Shown piece after piece: positions 62,361-64,000 of a DNA stretch of 64,000 nt. Position 1 is the stretch's first letter, and each line of letters starts with the position of its first letter. The DNA is from Lingula anatina (taxonomy: Eukaryota > Animalia > Brachiopoda): NCBI GenBank assembly GCA_051362555.1, contig JBPQGU010000016.1, positions 6,076,001-6,140,000 of the forward strand, given 5' to 3'. The notes below the pieces were generated by a model. It was not told where the DNA came from. It saw only the letters and a program-made list of their open reading frames with translations, and did not search any database. A program made the translations under genes and the position numbers.

Positions 62361-63724
62361 TTCCAACCCCAAGTTACATCAACTTATGTCAACTTACATC
62401 AACTTTCAACTGGAAACAACTGAATCAACTAGAAACAACGTGAAACTCGTTGCGAGAATCTGACGACTTGTCTCTAAAAAAGTTAACATGGCACGTGTGT
62501 CACGGGTCTATCCTTGGATCCTCAAATATCTTTGGACGACCGCATGAAGTGATGATGTCATAACACAATTACACAAAAACATCGGCACATCTAAAGCAAT
62601 GCTGAAGGTACACGTAATGTCAACAATTCAATACAATTATTTAGTTTATTTTTTATTATTTCTATTATTTTTATTATATTTTTTATTATTTCTTAAATAT
62701 CAAAAATAAAAGTATTTTTAAACGTGTTGAATATTATTTATCTATGTAATGAATATGACATGAATATGTGACATCGTAAACACTGTTGTCAAGTAAAATG
62801 AAGCGTCTGATACAAAGTATCAAAATGCGGCATTCATGCACGTGCTTACTTGCGGTGCGTTCAGTACACTTTGTTTACACTGACATGTCGAGGTCAGAAA
62901 CGCTCATTTTTTCTGTATAAAATTATGCAGTTTTAATTTTGATTATACGGAAGAAATCAACAAATGATGACAAAAACGATTGTGCTTTATTCTTATATTA
63001 CATGAAATAGGCCTACAGGCTAGGAATTAGTTATCCTAGCTTTAACATAAGATTTTGTTATATATACAGTCAGAGAAACGTTTTAATTCTTGGATTCACA
63101 TTTTGCTTGGGTTACTTGAAAATGTTTACAAAACAAAGGTGTAAGTTGCAAAACATGGAACATAAATACAGCTAGATGGAAGGGCACTGCTCATATTCCT
63201 TTGTACAGTACTTCATTATCACAGCGCATTCTAAATTTTCATTTTATCTAGAATTAAATGTGCAAAAAAAAAAAAAAAAAAAAAACGATATAACTATTGC
63301 TAAGACAAAAAAATGTGAAAGGCTTTAGATCATTGATTTCAGAAAATAGCTATGAAACCAATTTTCAGACGAATTTCAATTGAATCTGCATAGTAATTAT
63401 ATGGAGGGAGTAAATCATGTAAGTAAAACTGTCATTTGATAAGAAATCTAAACACCTAGCACACAAATGTATGTTAAATTATATACGCTTTCACAGTTCA
63501 GATTAAAGTCTAGGGCAAGAGAAACATGGGAGTCTTTTTATAATCGAATAAGAGGGAACTATAGAAGAGCTCTACTGAGCTTGCAGCATTGTAGAACAGA
63601 AAACCATACAATTCATTTTCTAATGAAGTGTATTCATTAAAAAAAAACTGATTCCCTTGCACAAACAATGTTTGATTTCTGCTACTTGTTTTCTTAGTCA
63701 ATATTGTGTTTATTTTCTAACATT

Positions 63725-64000
63725 TTTTTTATGTACAGACACAGATGTGTCTGTACATATTGCCATCACCTGCGTCTGTCGTCGCCGTCGCCGTCCCTGT
63801 CGCCGTCCCTGTCGCCGTCGATGTCGCCGTCGCCGTGCACTTTCATCGTTAACACGATAAGTGGAAGACAGTTTTACTTTTTGGCTTTATATTTACAGAG
63901 CTGATGAATATTCATAAAACGCAGGTCAAGTTCGAAAATCAGCATGTTTGGGCAATTATTGTAGTATTTATGCTGTGTTTTCACTTTTTAGCATATATGC
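63725..64000 (+). mobile_element. HINE-A 5' part, running off the window
   Basis: Same 5' hairpin and CGTCGC microsatellite as the other copies. Confidence 0.8.

Larger units (their letters stand above)
55391..62369 (-). mobile_element. Near full-length two-ORF LINE (RTEX-like; clade tentative)
   Basis: 5' UTR, ORF1, spacer, ORF2, AATAAA and a (TCTGA)n tail. Probable TSD CAAGT at 55386-55390 and 62370-62374. Confidence 0.9.
53926..62488 (-). mobile_element. Truncated BEL/Pao LTR retrotransposon (5' LTR split by a LINE, gag only)
   Basis: Putative ~218-bp LTR TGTT..AATAAA..AACA in two parts (62488-62375 and 55390-55287) that share AGTTGATGT repeats, followed by gag. Confidence 0.75.

Noticed and set aside
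48226-64000. Further host exons (Ig3)
   Set aside because: I found no phase-1 exon with Ig motifs. The next exon probably lies beyond the window or was deleted.

Overview
AT-rich animal genomic DNA, most likely from a marine invertebrate (inferred from its repeat families). The backbone is the 5' half of a + strand NCAM/Fasciclin-II-like Ig-superfamily gene. Five phase-compatible exons (13558-13627, 22245-22431, 27688-27830, 39701-39853, 48088-48225) encode a signal peptide, Ig1 and Ig2; the gene continues beyond the window. Most of the remainder is nested mobile DNA: four Helentron/DINE-like (HINE) families with internal satellites, ISL2EU-, Academ-, Harbinger- and Tc1-like DNA transposons, a young CR1-group LINE, a decayed L2, a nearly complete Gypsy element and a truncated BEL/Pao element. 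The most unusual item is a ~7 kb near-full-length LINE (55391-62369, minus strand). Its intact ORF1 fuses an RNase H1 hybrid-binding (caulimovirus P6-like) domain, a PHD finger, an array of LC8-type TQT motifs, a coiled coil and an SGNH esterase. Also notable are a covarying structured tandem repeat in intron 1, MITEs whose core is flipped relative to asymmetric ends, and a TIR element that carries a spliced membrane-protein pseudogene at a deletion junction. All calls come from reading the sequence; no searches were run.
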